63,783 bases of DNA, filler included, from Choristocarpus tenellus KU-1152 (GCA_964200185.2; 12 parts of 12 records of this genome joined end to end with filler, not necessarily neighbours in it); one strand, 5' to 3'; shown: positions 25,220-39,801, counted from the first letter of the whole stretch. The notes: generated by a model from the letters alone, not told the origin. Program-made: numbers and translations.

Positions 25220-27633
25220 TGTGCTGTCCAACTGCAACTATGCAGACCGATATCAGATAGATAATTGACTTACGGGTGCTGTAATACATGTTCTCTGCAC
25301 AAACACATAGCATGGACACAACGTCATAACTGAGGGAATAAACAAAGCCAAATACATGTGGATCACACTTGATACTAAAATGTGAACGTTTAGAGACATT
25401 ACAACCCATATTTTAAAACTGTTCACCTTAAGGTGTCTCGGACCCAAATGACCAACCTCAAGTTCAGTGGATTTAAGTTGAGTTAACAGAGGGTTTCCTT
25501 TAAAGGGGATAGCTACCGTCCTTGTACAAAATAATAATCACCGAACGATATGACCTTATCATACGTTGGATATTTCCACAGACTAAAATTGGAAATTGGA
25601 TGTGTTGTACAAAGAATTATGCTTCCCAACAATTTTTTATCTGCTTCTCATCACAGATGGATTGTTACTGGGTTAGCAGCCAGTACCCACTATGATACAG
25701 TGGCACTACCTTCAATTGAAGGGTGGGTTCTTTTCTGTAAGGGGTGTGGGAAGATGCTATTCGATCTTGCTTGTAATGGTTGACGTGTGTGAGTGAGGAT
25801 TCGGGAATTTTCTGTGGGGGACTGGACCTCTGTCTTCTGAAGGGTCACTATATGGAGGGTGGAGACTGGACTCTGGTGTCAAGTTCAGGACAAGGCTATT
25901 GCCTTGAAGTCTAAACACTTGAGGTGCTTATATCACCCCATCCCTCTCCTCATGCAAGGAATGGCAACCATACACACTTGTCCCCCAAAATGAAACAATG
26001 ATGGGCAAAACCTAAACCTTCGCCTACACTGCATCCAGTGGGTCTGTGGTAACAGTTTTATCACACAGCAAACCGTGGCCAGTGCCCATGCAAGTAAGAT
26101 AAAATTTCTCCCATTTCTTCCACCGCAACCAGGCTCCTTTTTGTGATTGTGGCAAATTGTGTGACCAAACATCGTTGACTGCACATCCATGCACTGCAGT
26201 GAACTCCAACATGAACTGCGGGTATAACACCAGCATGGAACTACAGTATCTATGGATGTGTCAGTTGTATAGACTTTGGTCTTCAGCCACTACTCAGGGA
26301 TTGCCTCGCTCATGCATCTCCTTCTGAAGGATCTGTAAATAAAGGCACTTGAGGTGCACAAGGAGCTTACTGAGAATGGTAGGAAATTATGGGACTTGGG
26401 GCTAGGACTGGATGAAGTGAACTACAGGAAAATAATCTCGAGAAAACCCTTGGATGTAAAGGACAGCTTACAGCTTTTAACATGACATATGAATTCAATC
26501 TGTCAGCATGCGCCAACCATACCCATCCAAGACCCATCATGTGACGTCGAACTCGGACCAACACACAGAACACATGCATGGCAGTATCCAGCAAGCAACT
26601 TATCACAATGCCTGTAGTACAACCAAACGGCAGACTAGAGGTGGAATTGATAGCGGGCTGTGACGCTAGGAGTTCTGTACAGCTAGTGAGTTGTATATGG
26701 GTACAAGAAAGGTGTGTTGAACCTGTAGTGAGGCCCAAAATATGTAATGTGCTACTTATCATGCATTAGCAGTGCCTAAAATGACTTGTCAAAGAAACAT
26801 GGAACGATTGATCACATGCACACTGTTCTACCTTCTACCTCTCTTGCCAACAAAAAGGGAGAAAAAAAAAAGGCTACATAAAGTACCATCTTCGCAGCAG
26901 GCAAACATGTAACCTGGGCTGCAAACCTTGCTAAGCCTTCCTCCCCTGACTGGGTCCCCCTCTTACGGTGTGACCAGTTCATAAGACTACTCATCCTCTT
27001 GTTATTCACAAGCAGCAACCAACTGGAAAACAAGAGGGGGATTACACAATGGTGTAACCGGCTTTCTGCTGGTAGATAAAAGAACCCAAAAGTCTATGCT
27101 ACAATTATGTACAAAACATCATCATCAACAGAGCAATCGTACTTACTGTGGAGACATACAGCAAAACTGACTTGACACACTAAGGTCTACTTCATGAACC
27201 AATACCTCTTCCCTGAGAGAGCACCGATGACGACAAGCTGAGGATGCACCCAACCAGCAAGCAGGGCAGGCTAGCAAGGGCTACGTAACAGTCTCTAAAA
27301 AATAGTACCGTTAGGAGCCAGTCTCTGCCGTCTTACCAAACAAGGATGCACTAAAAAACATGTAAGTGCAAGAAAATCTGATACTTGGTCCTAAAATCCA
27401 ACCCTTGTTGCGTTCCTGAATCTCTTCAGTGTGGTCACAAAGCACAAAACTTAGCCACCCTTTGTGATACAAGATACAGAAGGCATCTAAAACAGTAGTT
27501 GGATGGTGGGCGAGTGTCAGGGGGTGGGGGGATNNNNNNNNNNNNNNNNNNNNNNNNNNNNNNNNNNNNNNNNNNNNTTAATTAATTAANNNNNNNNNNN
27601 NNNNNNNNNNNNNNNNNNNNNNNNNNNNNNNNN

Positions 27634-27726
27634 CGAGCCATGCAACCAAATCACCCCAAAACCGCGCAAGGAAAAATTGACCCCAAATGGACAGCCGCCA
27701 CCCCCCCCCCCCAGATACTTTGAGTC
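27634..27726. mobile_element. MITE family A, partial
   Basis: CCCCAAATGGACAGCCGCC poly-C AGATACTTTGAGTC. Confidence 0.8.
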
Positions 27727-28084
27727 ATGATAAGATTTGCCACGAGGGTTGTGCACCTAACAGAAGCATGTTCTACGCTGCTGGGAGAATACAAGTGTAT
27801 ACTGAACTACAGCATGGTTACATTCATCATGTGAAAACTTAAAGTGCATATATTGCAGTTTCAAGTATTCTGGATCTCTAAGATCTTGGCAAATGGAATG
27901 AGATTAGGTCCATTACCCGCAATTGGCAATCCAGTATGACACTCAAGAGGGCGATTTCTTAGGTAAGGTTCTACAATATAAATTCAATGCTAGAGGACAT
28001 GAACTATGATTATCTGATATTTACTCTCAATTTTTGCACGACTTAACACCCACCAAGAATGGTTGGACAGCATCTCTGTCTCAC

Positions 28085-31000
28085 CTCAAAAAGAAGTTCA
28101 TCGTGAATGGTCAGGATCAAGCGGCAAGGAGGATTTCGCACTAGAGATGAGTGACCATGGTCATCTAAAAAAAAACTTGGTGTCCCTGCGAAGATATGTT
28201 CTCCCTCCTTGGAAGACCAACCAGTGACAATCTCCTGACCCTCAGCATTGTCTCCACCCACCCCTGCAACCATTTGTGATAACAGTCTTTGATGATGGTC
28301 TTCTACATCATTCGAGGCTTGACACATCCAAGAACATCTCGCCAACCTATCATTGACAGGAAATATTGTGTGGAGGGATCAGGGGACGGGGTGTTAAGAT
28401 ATCAAGATGAAGTACTGCAGCACGATACTACTTATCACACTATCTTTAGCACAGGTGGGAAAAAACGTTTTCAAGGCACTTATTTGTCTAGTATAAAAAG
28501 TCCCACTTAATAATGGAACATTTTACCAATGCCTTCAAGAAAACCAGTTGTTTTTATATCATACGCAAGAAAGGTAGGTATATTCCACATATGTTCAAGC
28601 GTTCCATTCCCCTTAGCTTCAGTGTCGATCCAGGTGGTTCAAGGTGTTTTCAAGCTCTTTAACGGTTACACAAAATTTCATATTTTCATCCTCCCCCCCC
28701 AACCTCGTGGTTATATTAGTTGCCGCCAGTTTGAGCAAATCCGCTGCTGAACCCTGGCAAATTGAGTTGATGGACTGTCGCTCTGCTCTCGCCTTCTCCT
28801 GTGAGTCCTGCGAGTTGATCTGAGGAAGGTATCTTCGACGGCCCAGAAGAGTCTCCACATGCCTGACAGAATAGGGATATGTTGGTGAAAACCATGAAAC
28901 AGAGGAGATGATTACTCAGGGTATCTTACTCACCGAATTTTGTCCTAGAATCAAGACGGGTGCTACAAACATGCCTACTCCAAAAGGCCTGGTTATACTC
29001 ACTGATGTTCCTTTTCGGGGATTTATCCTGCTCAAAATGGAACAAAACATACGTACTGTTAGGGGACTTTTTTTGAACTTGCTTCATGATACCAAAACAA
29101 AATACATGATTTAACCCCTCATGTGTCCTCCCACTAGTAACAGTAACAGGGTAAAATCAAAACCAAGAGATAGAGTTATATTGTGCCACATGGACATTTG
29201 GGTCCCTGGACGAAGATGGCGAGCAAATGTGTGAAAAAGTAAATACACAAAAAAATCTAATAAAACAAAAAATGTTGTAATTGCTTTCCAAGCAAATCAG
29301 CAAGACCAGACATGATCATGACCTCAAATCTTTCATCAGGCTCAGAAATAGTGGGAGGACACAAGATACGTTGACATTTGACACCCCTCACACAGGACTC
29401 CGCTTCACTGTACGGTTTGTAGGACACATCATTGCTCTGTGGCACTCTACAGATTTTTTTGGTCGCTCTGAGCATCACAGAACCTTTTAGGTCTGAAGCA
29501 ATTGGTGACTGCAATGGCCTTAGAACTGTAAACGATACAAAATGAATAATACAAATTGACTCACGACTCCCCATGCTCTTCAAAGACTAAACTTCATGTT
29601 TATCTATATATGAGAAACATGCCAGAAGAAATGTCATTGATATATATATGCTGATATCATGTAGTACAAAATTTAAAGTGCTTAATGTCTGTCCCTTGCT
29701 GGATACACCCTCTCATGTTGGTTGGGTGTGCAATTTGAACTACTGCAGTACATCATGTGTATGTTTAAGAGGTCAGAACGAAAGAGTTGGTGATAATACT
29801 CTAAAATTTGCACATAAAATGGAAGAAGAATTTTTTAATTCGGAGCACATCGTAGCAGGGCAGCAGGAGTGAAGTGAACAGGCATTTCTTCAATGGTCTT
29901 AGGATTTTGGGAAAGTAATTGGGGCACACACACAAGTTTATAAACAGTCGACATCACCTGATACATGTTCTGTCCCTCTACTGCATTTCAAGGGTTCATG
30001 GTATCAATAGAGCTCTGTAAGATGTATTATCAACGTATTGGAATATATATTTCCCCACTACATGCTGCACAATGCACTGCCCAAATATCAACACAAAGTG
30101 AACACAGCACACACCCGCATGCCCTACAGTCCTCCTTGACTCTTGTGATGAAGGACTGCAGGTGTGGATAGCTTGCCAGCACTGAGCTCCTGATCTTGCT
30201 GGCCACGCTTAGTGTCAAGCCTAGCTGCTTGGCCAAGGCTCCTGTGGACTGGCCGTAGAGAATGCCATAAACAACCGTCTTGGCCTGGGTTGAAGAGAAG
30301 AGGAACAGGCTCAGGGGGGAAGTGGATAACATTTCAATCATTCAGTCAATAATTTCCCCCTCATTCAACTGTCACTTGTAGCATACAGGTTGGAGCATGA
30401 AGTGGAGAGTGGCATAGCAGATACTAGTAAATGTCATCTACTTAGTAGTATATCTGATCTAGTATGATGTATCTCTATGTGCATGGTCTTGTCACTTTGA
30501 TGAAACCTGCTGCATGTCAGTTGTCCACAAGCTACAGCAGTCACTCTTACCCCACCACTATTTCCTTCCTGTCTCAAGTTCACAACAAAAAAAAATCGAT
30601 CACATTTTTCAACATTTAACTCCTTACCCTCGCTAGGGTGAAAATTCTGTTTGGCACACCTGAGCACGTTCCTCGTCTGTGATGTCACTCTCTTGCTTGC
30701 AGAGCATTGACGACGACAACTGCCTAAAGACATCACCCCCACCAGTGAAGACCCGTATCAGAGCAGCATCACCAGACATGTGAGCCATCAGCCGCAGTTC
30801 CACCTGTATTTTGTCCATTATTGTTGGTGATGAGCTTGTGTGACATACACTGTGTCGTGCGTTGGAGTTATCCATTTTATCACTTTATCCCAAAAAGGCA
30901 CAGTGTGTGCACCTGGTAACAAGAAACTCTTGTGATCTCACATTTCTCGACGTGCTTGCCAATGGCCGCGAAACACTCCATCTATTTTCTAAATATTCTA

Positions 31001-34000
31001 ATGTCTTCAATTGGATGAGGTAGTGAAAATAAGAACAAAGAACTACATCCATACAAAACCCAATAAATGATGCACCTTATCCCACCACACACACCAACCT
31101 GGGAATAGTCAGCAGACAAGAATACATAGCCTGAGGTGGCAACCAAAGTGTCTCTCGGTTTAAGGACGGCCTCCCTTCCAAACCATGGGTGTCTGGTCAC
31201 AATCTCCTTTTCAAGGGATCTGGCCTTGGGCTCGCTTAGGAAGGAAGAACCCACACGGAACACCTGGAATGAATAGAAGTAGTACGTAAATGTTTAAGAA
31301 ATCATCTGTGCTAGTGAACAAGAATGCGAATGTACACCTGAACACGAAGTGGAGGGAGGTGGAGGAAAGGGAAGGGTAATAGACTGTGAGGTAAGAAATA
31401 TGCTGCAATGGATGATTGGATTGGGAAGATGGCAAAAAATGTGATGGCGTCAGATGGAACGAAATGTGTAAGTTGAGGGTGAGCGTCAATGCCAAAGCAA
31501 AATGGTCTGAGAACTCAAACAACTACAAACAAAATAGTATGTGCTATGCACTCTACAGCAGCAGAGCAATAATATGAGTTACAATAAACAGTAAATAGTA
31601 AGGAGTGCCAACTAGTATTGAGGTGCTGTTATGACATTGACTTAGGGTGTAGGTCATGGCCAGAACAGCAACCCAACTGATGTGCAAGTAATAGGATATT
31701 GGGATGAACTCCTCTCCATCCCTATGTCCATCCAGAACATTGAACTTGCCTATCTTCCTCACCTTGTCAGCAGGGTAGCTGTAGACTTTGCCCTTTATAG
31801 TGGAGGTCCCAAGTCTAACTAGTACTTGCTTGGTCCTTGCTGCCTGCTCTCTTGTGTACGCAAAGCCTCTCTCCCTCCAGAAAGTCGCCTGTAACAAGGA
31901 ACCCATCCAACCACATGCGTACACAAAGAGATTTTACGTAAGTGCCACCACCCAGGGAGAAGGGCGAAGGTCATGGCCTGCACTCACTTTCCTTAGCAAG
32001 GGCATAACTAATGCTTCCCTGGTGTGAGGGTCAGGGGCAACAATCTTTCCTAGGAAATGCCATGCATCTTATCCAAAGAATGAAATGTTTTTGGGTTATG
32101 ATCAGGTAGCTATTACACAAACAAGCAAAGAAAAGCTTTCACCAACCCATAACGCTTATTCGCCTTCTAAACTAGATGCAGGTGTGAACTTACCATGCTC
32201 TCAACAGCTGGGGCGACAAAAGTACTCTTGCCCTTTCCAATTATCTTATCCTTCCTCTGATTTGTGTGGTTTGTATAGACTTCTGAGGCATCCTGGCTAC
32301 GAACAGTCCAGACCGCATCATTGACGCATCTGTCTTCCACTATGCCCACAGCATACCCGAATGTCATTGTGGGTGGTTCATCTCTGTCCTTCCTGGCACT
32401 CACCACCATTACCCTTCCAACAAGGTTGGGATGGGCGTTGGTTTGAGATCGAAGTTAGAGCATTGAACCAACAACTTCTTTAAGTAGAACAAGATTGGAA
32501 TGTTGGGTCCTGTCCAAGTCTTGTCAAAACATCAGACACTTGAGGTTGAGGTTGAGAGGAAAATAAGACAAAGACCGATTGTAGACAGATCTGTTCTGTT
32601 GGTGAGCATGAAATCATACCAGTGTGTGGGGTGTAGGGAGCGAAATACAGTACAAAAACAAAAACACCATGGGGGCAAGAACACAGCCTATATGATACAC
32701 ACCTCACTCGGGCATGAACTCCTATTGGTCTATAAAGAGATGAAGTAACATGAAATGAATACAGCATCTTGAGGTCAAGAAAGTAGCACCTGGATATCCC
32801 CCCCCACCTCACTCAAACCAAATGCTTACATTTAAAGTTTCGTCTTTCCACTCTTCCATTTTGCTTTCCTTTGTAATAGTTAGGTACAGCTACTTACCGC
32901 CTCTCTGTCAGACGCTCTGCTGACTGATCACCCCAGTCAGTTGTAACTCTCAGCCCCTGTGCAGTTCCTTGTCCCGCCCACACACGAGGAACAGACTGAT
33001 TTTTGTTTCCAAATAGGCCGAGTGGAGTGAAGAGCAATGGAAGGAGAATGGTCTGCAAGAAATACAGGTATACTCCCAGGGCAGCACTCTAAACGGTGGT
33101 GCTCAATAATTCGACACTGTATTACATATTTGGAGTAGCGCTGAATTTGTTGCATAAACGCTGCGGAAAAAAAAAAGTATGAGATACAAAGAGTTGCCAC
33201 CACTACCACGAAATTGAGATTGCAGTGGGAATGGTTGCCAAACGTCGACATATATTAATAGTATCTACTGATGGTTGTGGAGACACTGTGAGACTTCAAG
33301 ATGACGACATCCTGTTCATATTTATTTCAAACTTCACATAGAGGTAGAAGCTGGCAAGGACTTCAACACACAGTAAAGTCCTCCATGTGCACTTTTTTCT
33401 GACTCTATATATCCAATATAAAAAGGAAGAACTGAGTCGAAGTGCATGAACGATACCCAGGGTTGGGTTGCATTCTAAAGACACTGACAATTATGTGCGA
33501 AATTTGTCTTTTCGTACAAATTCGTATAGGAACTTTTCTAAATTCTGTCGAAAATTTCGAAACAAATGGACACTCTGGTGTAGACCCCCCCTCCCCTCCC
33601 AGATACTTTGGGTCAATACTCGAAGGTCAGTCTTAGGATTTCACCTGTAGAAATGATGAATTATATATAAAAAAAAAGATCACTTAAAATGTAAAACCTG
33701 GGCATCTCTCGTTGACTTTGACTGACTGCAACTTCCCAACTCCTTGACGATGTGCTTCACACCCCTGTAACCCAATCTCTATGAGGTGCATTTGATTCAC
33801 ACAGTTACAGATAAACCTTGTCTACATGCTCACGACAACCCTAACGGCACAGTACAGACCTATTACTGCACAAAACCTTTCTACCCACCTCAGCACATCC
33901 AGCCTCCATTTCAACTGCCAGACTGGTTCTCCATGATCTTCGTAGATAAATCTTGTGGTTGAGAGTCTGCAAGGGGGGGTCGGATGTCACCATTCGCCCT

Positions 34001-37000
34001 GTGCTTGTGAATAAATCCACAGTTGGATGGACTCGGGTGCCTCCTAAGGGCCATAAGAGATTCAGGAAAATCAACTTCAGTACATGAAAAGAGGCTATGA
34101 CAGGGTTGGAATTTTTTTTCGAAATATGACCTGTCACGAGCATGGGGAGGCTTGGAGTAGGGTGAATTTAGGAGCTGGGACAACGACTGGGGGGATGTAA
34201 CAAGAGTCCCTGCCAGATGAGGCACATGTTGAGTAGTTGGAGGCGGCTGCTGGTGGATAAAAGGGGCACGATGCGAGCTGACAATTGCTCACGGTGAGAC
34301 TCAAGTGTACGCCATGACACAGTAAAGTAGCACAACACAGGCACAAAAACAAGTGCAAGAGTTGGTAAGGGGAAAAATGAAGCAGGGAGCAAGTGAGTAC
34401 GAGAGTGTTAACAGGAGTACACAGGAAGAGCATGAGGACTCCACCATTTGCATATAAAAATGCCAATCACTGTCATCCACATCACTCTCACAAATATACA
34501 TCAATTTGTTGCTGTCCCTAACTTGAGAATAATTGCACCCCTCTCTACTTTCTCACCCAGGTGTGGGTGTCGTTTGCTTGCCCTCAACAGCTTGCTCAAC
34601 TTCTCATTCACTGGTTGCAGTGAACGGTGCTGGATGACAGCAGAGACGAAACCGTGTGGGTCCTGCAATGAGAGCATGAAAGTAGTGAACCCAAAACGGT
34701 TGAGTAGAGGGAATGGAAGGTGGTACAAACTCATCGCTCATGTCCCAAAGACCACACTGCATCAACTGACCTGGAAAACCCTGACATCCTCTGCAGAGAC
34801 CAGAGCCCACAGGGGTGACGCTCAACTAAATCCTCCCAAAATATATTAAAGTGAACGTAGGACCTCTGCTTCATAGCTACTTGACCTTTGTTCGGTACTC
34901 CGTGCACATCAAACACTTCAAAATGTAATTGAACATATTCTTATCCTTACCATTACCAAAGGCCTACACTCTCCTCCTCCTTAAGACAGCCTTGATGAGA
35001 GACAACAAAAAAGAAGGAAATGAGTGTGCCTACAGAAGTGATCTCGAACGACTCTAGAGGAACAGACAGTGCTCCCTCTGGTTTGGATGCAAGACGTCCC
35101 TTCCTGGTTAAAGTTGCCAAAACAAGCAAGCAAATCATGTGTGCAACTGCGCAGGCCTCTTTCTTCCTCGCACCTTCTGTGCAGCTTCTTTTCTAGCCAA
35201 CAGCGCCTCGAGGCTGGTCGTGTCCGTTGGTCCTATCAATGCCTGTTTTTTCCCCCCTCGTCTTGTTCCCATCTGCTCCTTAGCACACGCCCCTATCCCT
35301 CCTGTAGCTGTCCTTCCCCCCCCTTGCCCTGTCCACGTCGGTGGTGGGGGTAACCTCAAGGTAAGGTAGATGGTATCATGCACTTGCTTTGAACTGCTTA
35401 AGACTACTCCTCCGCACCCCTGTCGCACATGTTGGAAGACACACAGTACAATGAGGGTGAGGCATTGAATGTGTTAGCGGAACAAATTGACGTGCACATA
35501 GATAGTGGCGCTTGCCATAAACGTTTGACTGTTTTGTGGTACTTCAAATATGAAATCTGTTCCAGATTGAAGGCAGTTAACACAGTTTTTTATTCTTTGG
35601 TACATACGTTCAAATACAGATACCACCATAAAATGGAATGGGTTTGTGCAGGGACTAGTACATCATAGCCATTTCCTGCCTTCAGGGTGCCACCAGTCAC
35701 TTGCTCTGCAACCCCTCGGAGATCCTTCAGGCGCTGGTCCACTTCCCTTCTTTGCTCAAGCAGACGCCCCACCTTAGCGGAAATTCCGCAATACTCCATC
35801 CATGATGCGGAAACCACTGCAGGCATCTTTGGCAGGCGTGCAGCAAGAAGGGGCAGGGAAAGAAGGAAAACAGGCGGGTAGACTTGAAACAGAGCTGTGG
35901 CAACTAAAGAGATAAAATAATCTTAGAGGGTATGATTTTTGAACTGTTTGTCCATTTGGGACTTGGCTTCCCATGGGAGTTTTATGATATTTTACCTACT
36001 CCGAAATAGTTCGGAGTAGGTAAAATGTATACATTATGAAGAGGTGTGTCCGAACAAGGATATTGACACTTCCTAACAAACACGATAGCAACAATTACAT
36101 CCAAATCGCAACATTGGATTTTGGCCCATAAATGGACGTGGCTCTACCCTCTAAGATACTTTGACTCTAAATTGAGCTGGCATCAAGCACACAACCACAA
36201 ACAGGACATGCACATTTATTCTCTAGCCCTAACCTCAAGCCTGGCATGAAAATTATGGGAGCAAGGGTTGACTTAATTTACACAGCCATAATGATTCCTG
36301 AATGCAGTGAAGTCGGGCTCTTCTGAGTAGCACTAAACACATGTATCTGTTGTGTAGAGCTGGGCTGTATTTTGTTTCAAGACACCCTGGGATGGGGGGT
36401 GAGGCAAACATGGGCGTTAACAGGAAAGGGGCACTATGTTTGACTGTTGTTGATCTTGAGAGATGTTTGCTTGATAGACCGGGTGTCAATTGTCAAGGAC
36501 AACCACAAGATATGGTGTGAGATTCATAAGCAACAAGCCCAATTACCAAATCTCTGATATATGATACACTGAACAAGACAGAAGGTCAAAACAAGCCCCC
36601 ATCTCGCCTCTATCAGTTGGAAGGGAAAGGTGAGGCTGAGGTCCTTCAGCATCTCCTCTTTGGACGACATGAGCCTCAAGGTAGCAGACGCCTGCAAGCA
36701 TGCCAGATCCATTAAGCTCTCCGGCTCTCTTCCCCAGGATGTGTTTGCAGTGGTGTGGGTTTAGGGAACAAAGCATGAAAACACATGAGATACCCTGAGA
36801 ACAGACATCAGTCCCAGAAAGGGCTCTGGGCCATAAATGTGGAGTGTGGTATTGAAAGAGTAAGTGTGTATGGAGGGGATGAGTAGGTAAGGATGATTTG
36901 TCAAACAGGTTCTTCACTGGATGCCATGTCACATAACATTTCGTTGAGGCCTGTGCCAGATTGGGGTCGTTTATGTCTGAAGAGATTAGATATAATTCCT

Positions 37001-38505
37001 GGAAGAAGTTTCATAAGTTAAAGATACCTTAAGTCACTGAGGATGTCTACACAGTTCCTAGCTAACACCCAAGAGCTGGAAATAATAAGTGACCCCCGTT
37101 CAATTCTGATAGAAGAAAGTGTAGTACCAGCAAGAAGAGGGCAAAAGGGCCGAAGCCCATATACAACCTCATGGTTTATACATAGTTGATGTATTTGCAG
37201 CTCTATTTTGACCGTTGAAACCCCAGCAAGGATGGCGAATGATCGAAATACCAGGATACTTCATCCTTTTTCATTTGGGAGTCACAACCTGTAGCATGCC
37301 CTATACCTACTTAAAATGAGTCCATGGCGCAATGCAACAACTAGCATGAGAGAAAAAGTAAGATCCTTGAATTCATGTAGTCAATCTAAAGTAAAATATC
37401 TCAATAGAGAACTGTAGTTGTTTGCATGAAAAGCTCCAAAGAAAACCGAGATCAGGTGGGGGGAGTAGAAAACAAAACCTGGGGAGATCAAGGCTGACAG
37501 GATCCATTCTTGTGATCAACGGGTTTTGAGCTTTCTTTTGCCTACGCCCTATGCTCTTTGCAGGAATTGATGTCCCCATATCCTGCCTGGTATCGATGGG
37601 GGGTGCAGCCAGCCAAGCAGCCACAGCAGGGTCTTCAAGCAAGCCCCCAGGACATATTCCCAAACCATATAGGCATACAAGGGCTGCCTTCATGTTAAGG
37701 CACACCTAATGGGTATGCTAGAGTTGTGAGCATAGACTAGATCAAAATGGTGGGAGGGATGGCATTTTATGGTGGGTGTAGCAGTGGCAGGGATAGCAGA
37801 ATCGTGTATGGATCAATGTGACTAGGGGGAGCTGGAGGCAACACAATAGACAATGAGAAAGGGAATACATGAGTGCACCTTAACGGAAAAGTGAGGAAAA
37901 ACAAGGGTCTTATACTCGGCAATTCCAGGGGAAAGGAGGACAAAGAGCAGCAGTGTTATTGCCCAGTTATTGTTTGAATCTGAAGTTTCTATAATTACGA
38001 CACCATATAGAGTGAAGACAGATGGCATGTACAAAAATCAGGAACAGAAGAGGAGCATTGAAGATGGTGGAGAGGCAGCTTGCCATCACCAAAGGGCCAA
38101 CTGCCGAGAATATCATGAATACATGGCTGTTCTTTCAGCAAGAAAAGAAGCAAGCAAGAGAGCCCCACAAGTTGCTACGCTCGGAGCTCCAAAATTAAGA
38201 ATAAGATCAAAGCAGCAAGCTAGCTAGGACCTACACTACACACTCTATACAGCACCATCTAGAGGGACAATGACCGCTCCACACTCTTTGCATTTGCATC
38301 CTCAGTTTGCAACCTTGATACAGTAGTTGCATTCCTTAAGTCCACCTGAGATCATTCCTAAGTCATACCTCCAGGTTTCACAACCACTCAGCAGCTCTTG
38401 GACTTCTCGTCAAGACGATTTCTGAGAGTAAGTCATCACTTGCACTTTAACTTACCTTGGTAGAGCCCTTGTCTTCCATCACGTCACGGAACAGCATCCA
38501 TCGAC
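28085..38505 (-). CDS. Family A DNA polymerase, Pol theta/nu-like; partial at both ends
   Basis: Exons 38505-38456, 37705-37479, about 36728-36608 (GC donor), 35826-35701, 35419-35174, 34662-34557, 34043-33889, 33052-32898, 32413-32194, 31888-31763, 31263-31099, 30803-30660, 30284-30115, 28862-28704 and 28346-28085. Motifs: DPAVAAWL, IEMP...MEYCG, TGRMVTSDPPLQ, motif A SADYSQVELRLMAH, motif B RAQAKTVVYGILYG, ETLLGRRR, NSICQGSAAD, motif C IHDELLFE. Confidence 0.92.
33457..33614. repeat. Repeat D fused to a MITE family A end, intronic
   Basis: Inverse copy of 13905-14005, then AAATGGACACTCTGGTGTAGAC...AGATACTTTGGGTC. Confidence 0.7.
35909..36167 (-). mobile_element. MITE family B, intronic, TSD TAAA
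   Basis: TAAA|GAG...AGATACTTTGACTC|TAAA. Confidence 0.85.
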
Positions 38506-39174
38506 CTGCTGGCTCTGACTGAGTATCCTTGTTTAGTGCCAAAACCTTCCCCCACACATCACAAGGAGAGTGGATCACATGTTGGAGAGATGTGGAAAGC
38601 TAAACAAAATCCAATGAACACAAGAGAGAGGTAAAGTCGTCCAACTGTAGACACTTGAGCAGAGTATTTCTCTGGAAAGGTTGGAAATCTTGTGCACAAC
38701 TCCAGGTAGGAACAAGAACTCAATAACCAAATCTTGCCTCCAGAATAGTATGGAGGCTTGGACATGAAATAGCATCTCTAACCAATGGCATGGAGAGCTG
38801 GTACGACCAATCAAAGCCAAATGCACTGTGAATTTAGAATATTAGTTCCTACCACACCAGTCATGGGACCTAATTTTTCGCATGTAATTGTGAATCAACC
38901 ATGTTCTGGGCTGAACCATGGCAGGATAACAGTAGGAATCCTCAGGAGACCCTTCCCTCACAGGAGGATAAGGTTCACTGGTATCACACCAGAGTATGTG
39001 TATTTACTTGATCCCACCACAAGCACCTATTCCAGTGACAAACAGCAAACTCTATATAAAACAGTGGAGGGATGCAACAACAAACAACACTCATACTTCC
39101 AATGGTACACACACTGCACCAGCAGCATTTTACACTCACTCTTTGGGTATAATCTGTGGTATGATAGATTGTTT

Positions 39175-39248
39175 GACTCAAAGTATCTGGGAGGGGGTGG
39201 CGGCCGTCCATTTGGGGTCAATTTTTTCCTGTCGCGATTTTTGGGTTA
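39175..39248. mobile_element. MITE family A, cut by contig end
   Basis: GACTCAAAGTATCTGGG...GTCCATTTGGGG; another terminus at 39349-39371. Confidence 0.8.
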
Positions 39249-39801
39249 NNNNNNNNNNNNNNNNNNNNNNNNNNNNNNNNNNNNNNNNNNNNTTAATTAA
39301 TTAANNNNNNNNNNNNNNNNNNNNNNNNNNNNNNNNNNNNNNNNNNNNCCCCCCCCCAGATACTTTGAGCCTTCAGACCGATCACGTCATTCCACATACT
39401 TACTACCAGCCTTTTGCACCAAATCTCCAACCCACCTCGTCCCATCTCCTGGCCTAGACTTCTGAGAGATCTCTCCATTCTATCAATGCTATTGGTGCCT
39501 ACGTGTAGCTAATATTCACGACCGTTCACTTCAATTCTGTGTCATCCTAAATTTGGTTCAAGGTGTTTACCTACTGATGGACTGGTTGGTAGCACTCGCT
39601 TCCTCTAATAAAGTATACATGGGTGCATTATTTGTAAGAAGTCACATCGACCTCTAAATTATGTATTACAAGCTGACAGTCCATGCTGTAGGTGAGTGCA
39701 GTAGCGCAACAATAAGATGAAAGGAGAGAGTACCTAATAATACCAATATGTCAGAACCGCAGACTGAGATATAAGATGGAGAAAAATACACTCTACAACC
39801 T

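Noticed and set aside
25930-26240. KDZ/CxC transposase fragment
   Set aside because: Resemblance needs several frameshifts, and no catalytic motif is visible
38559-39000. Further upstream polymerase exons or a helicase domain
   Set aside because: Candidate exons exist, but frame and homology could not be fixed and no helicase motifs were seen
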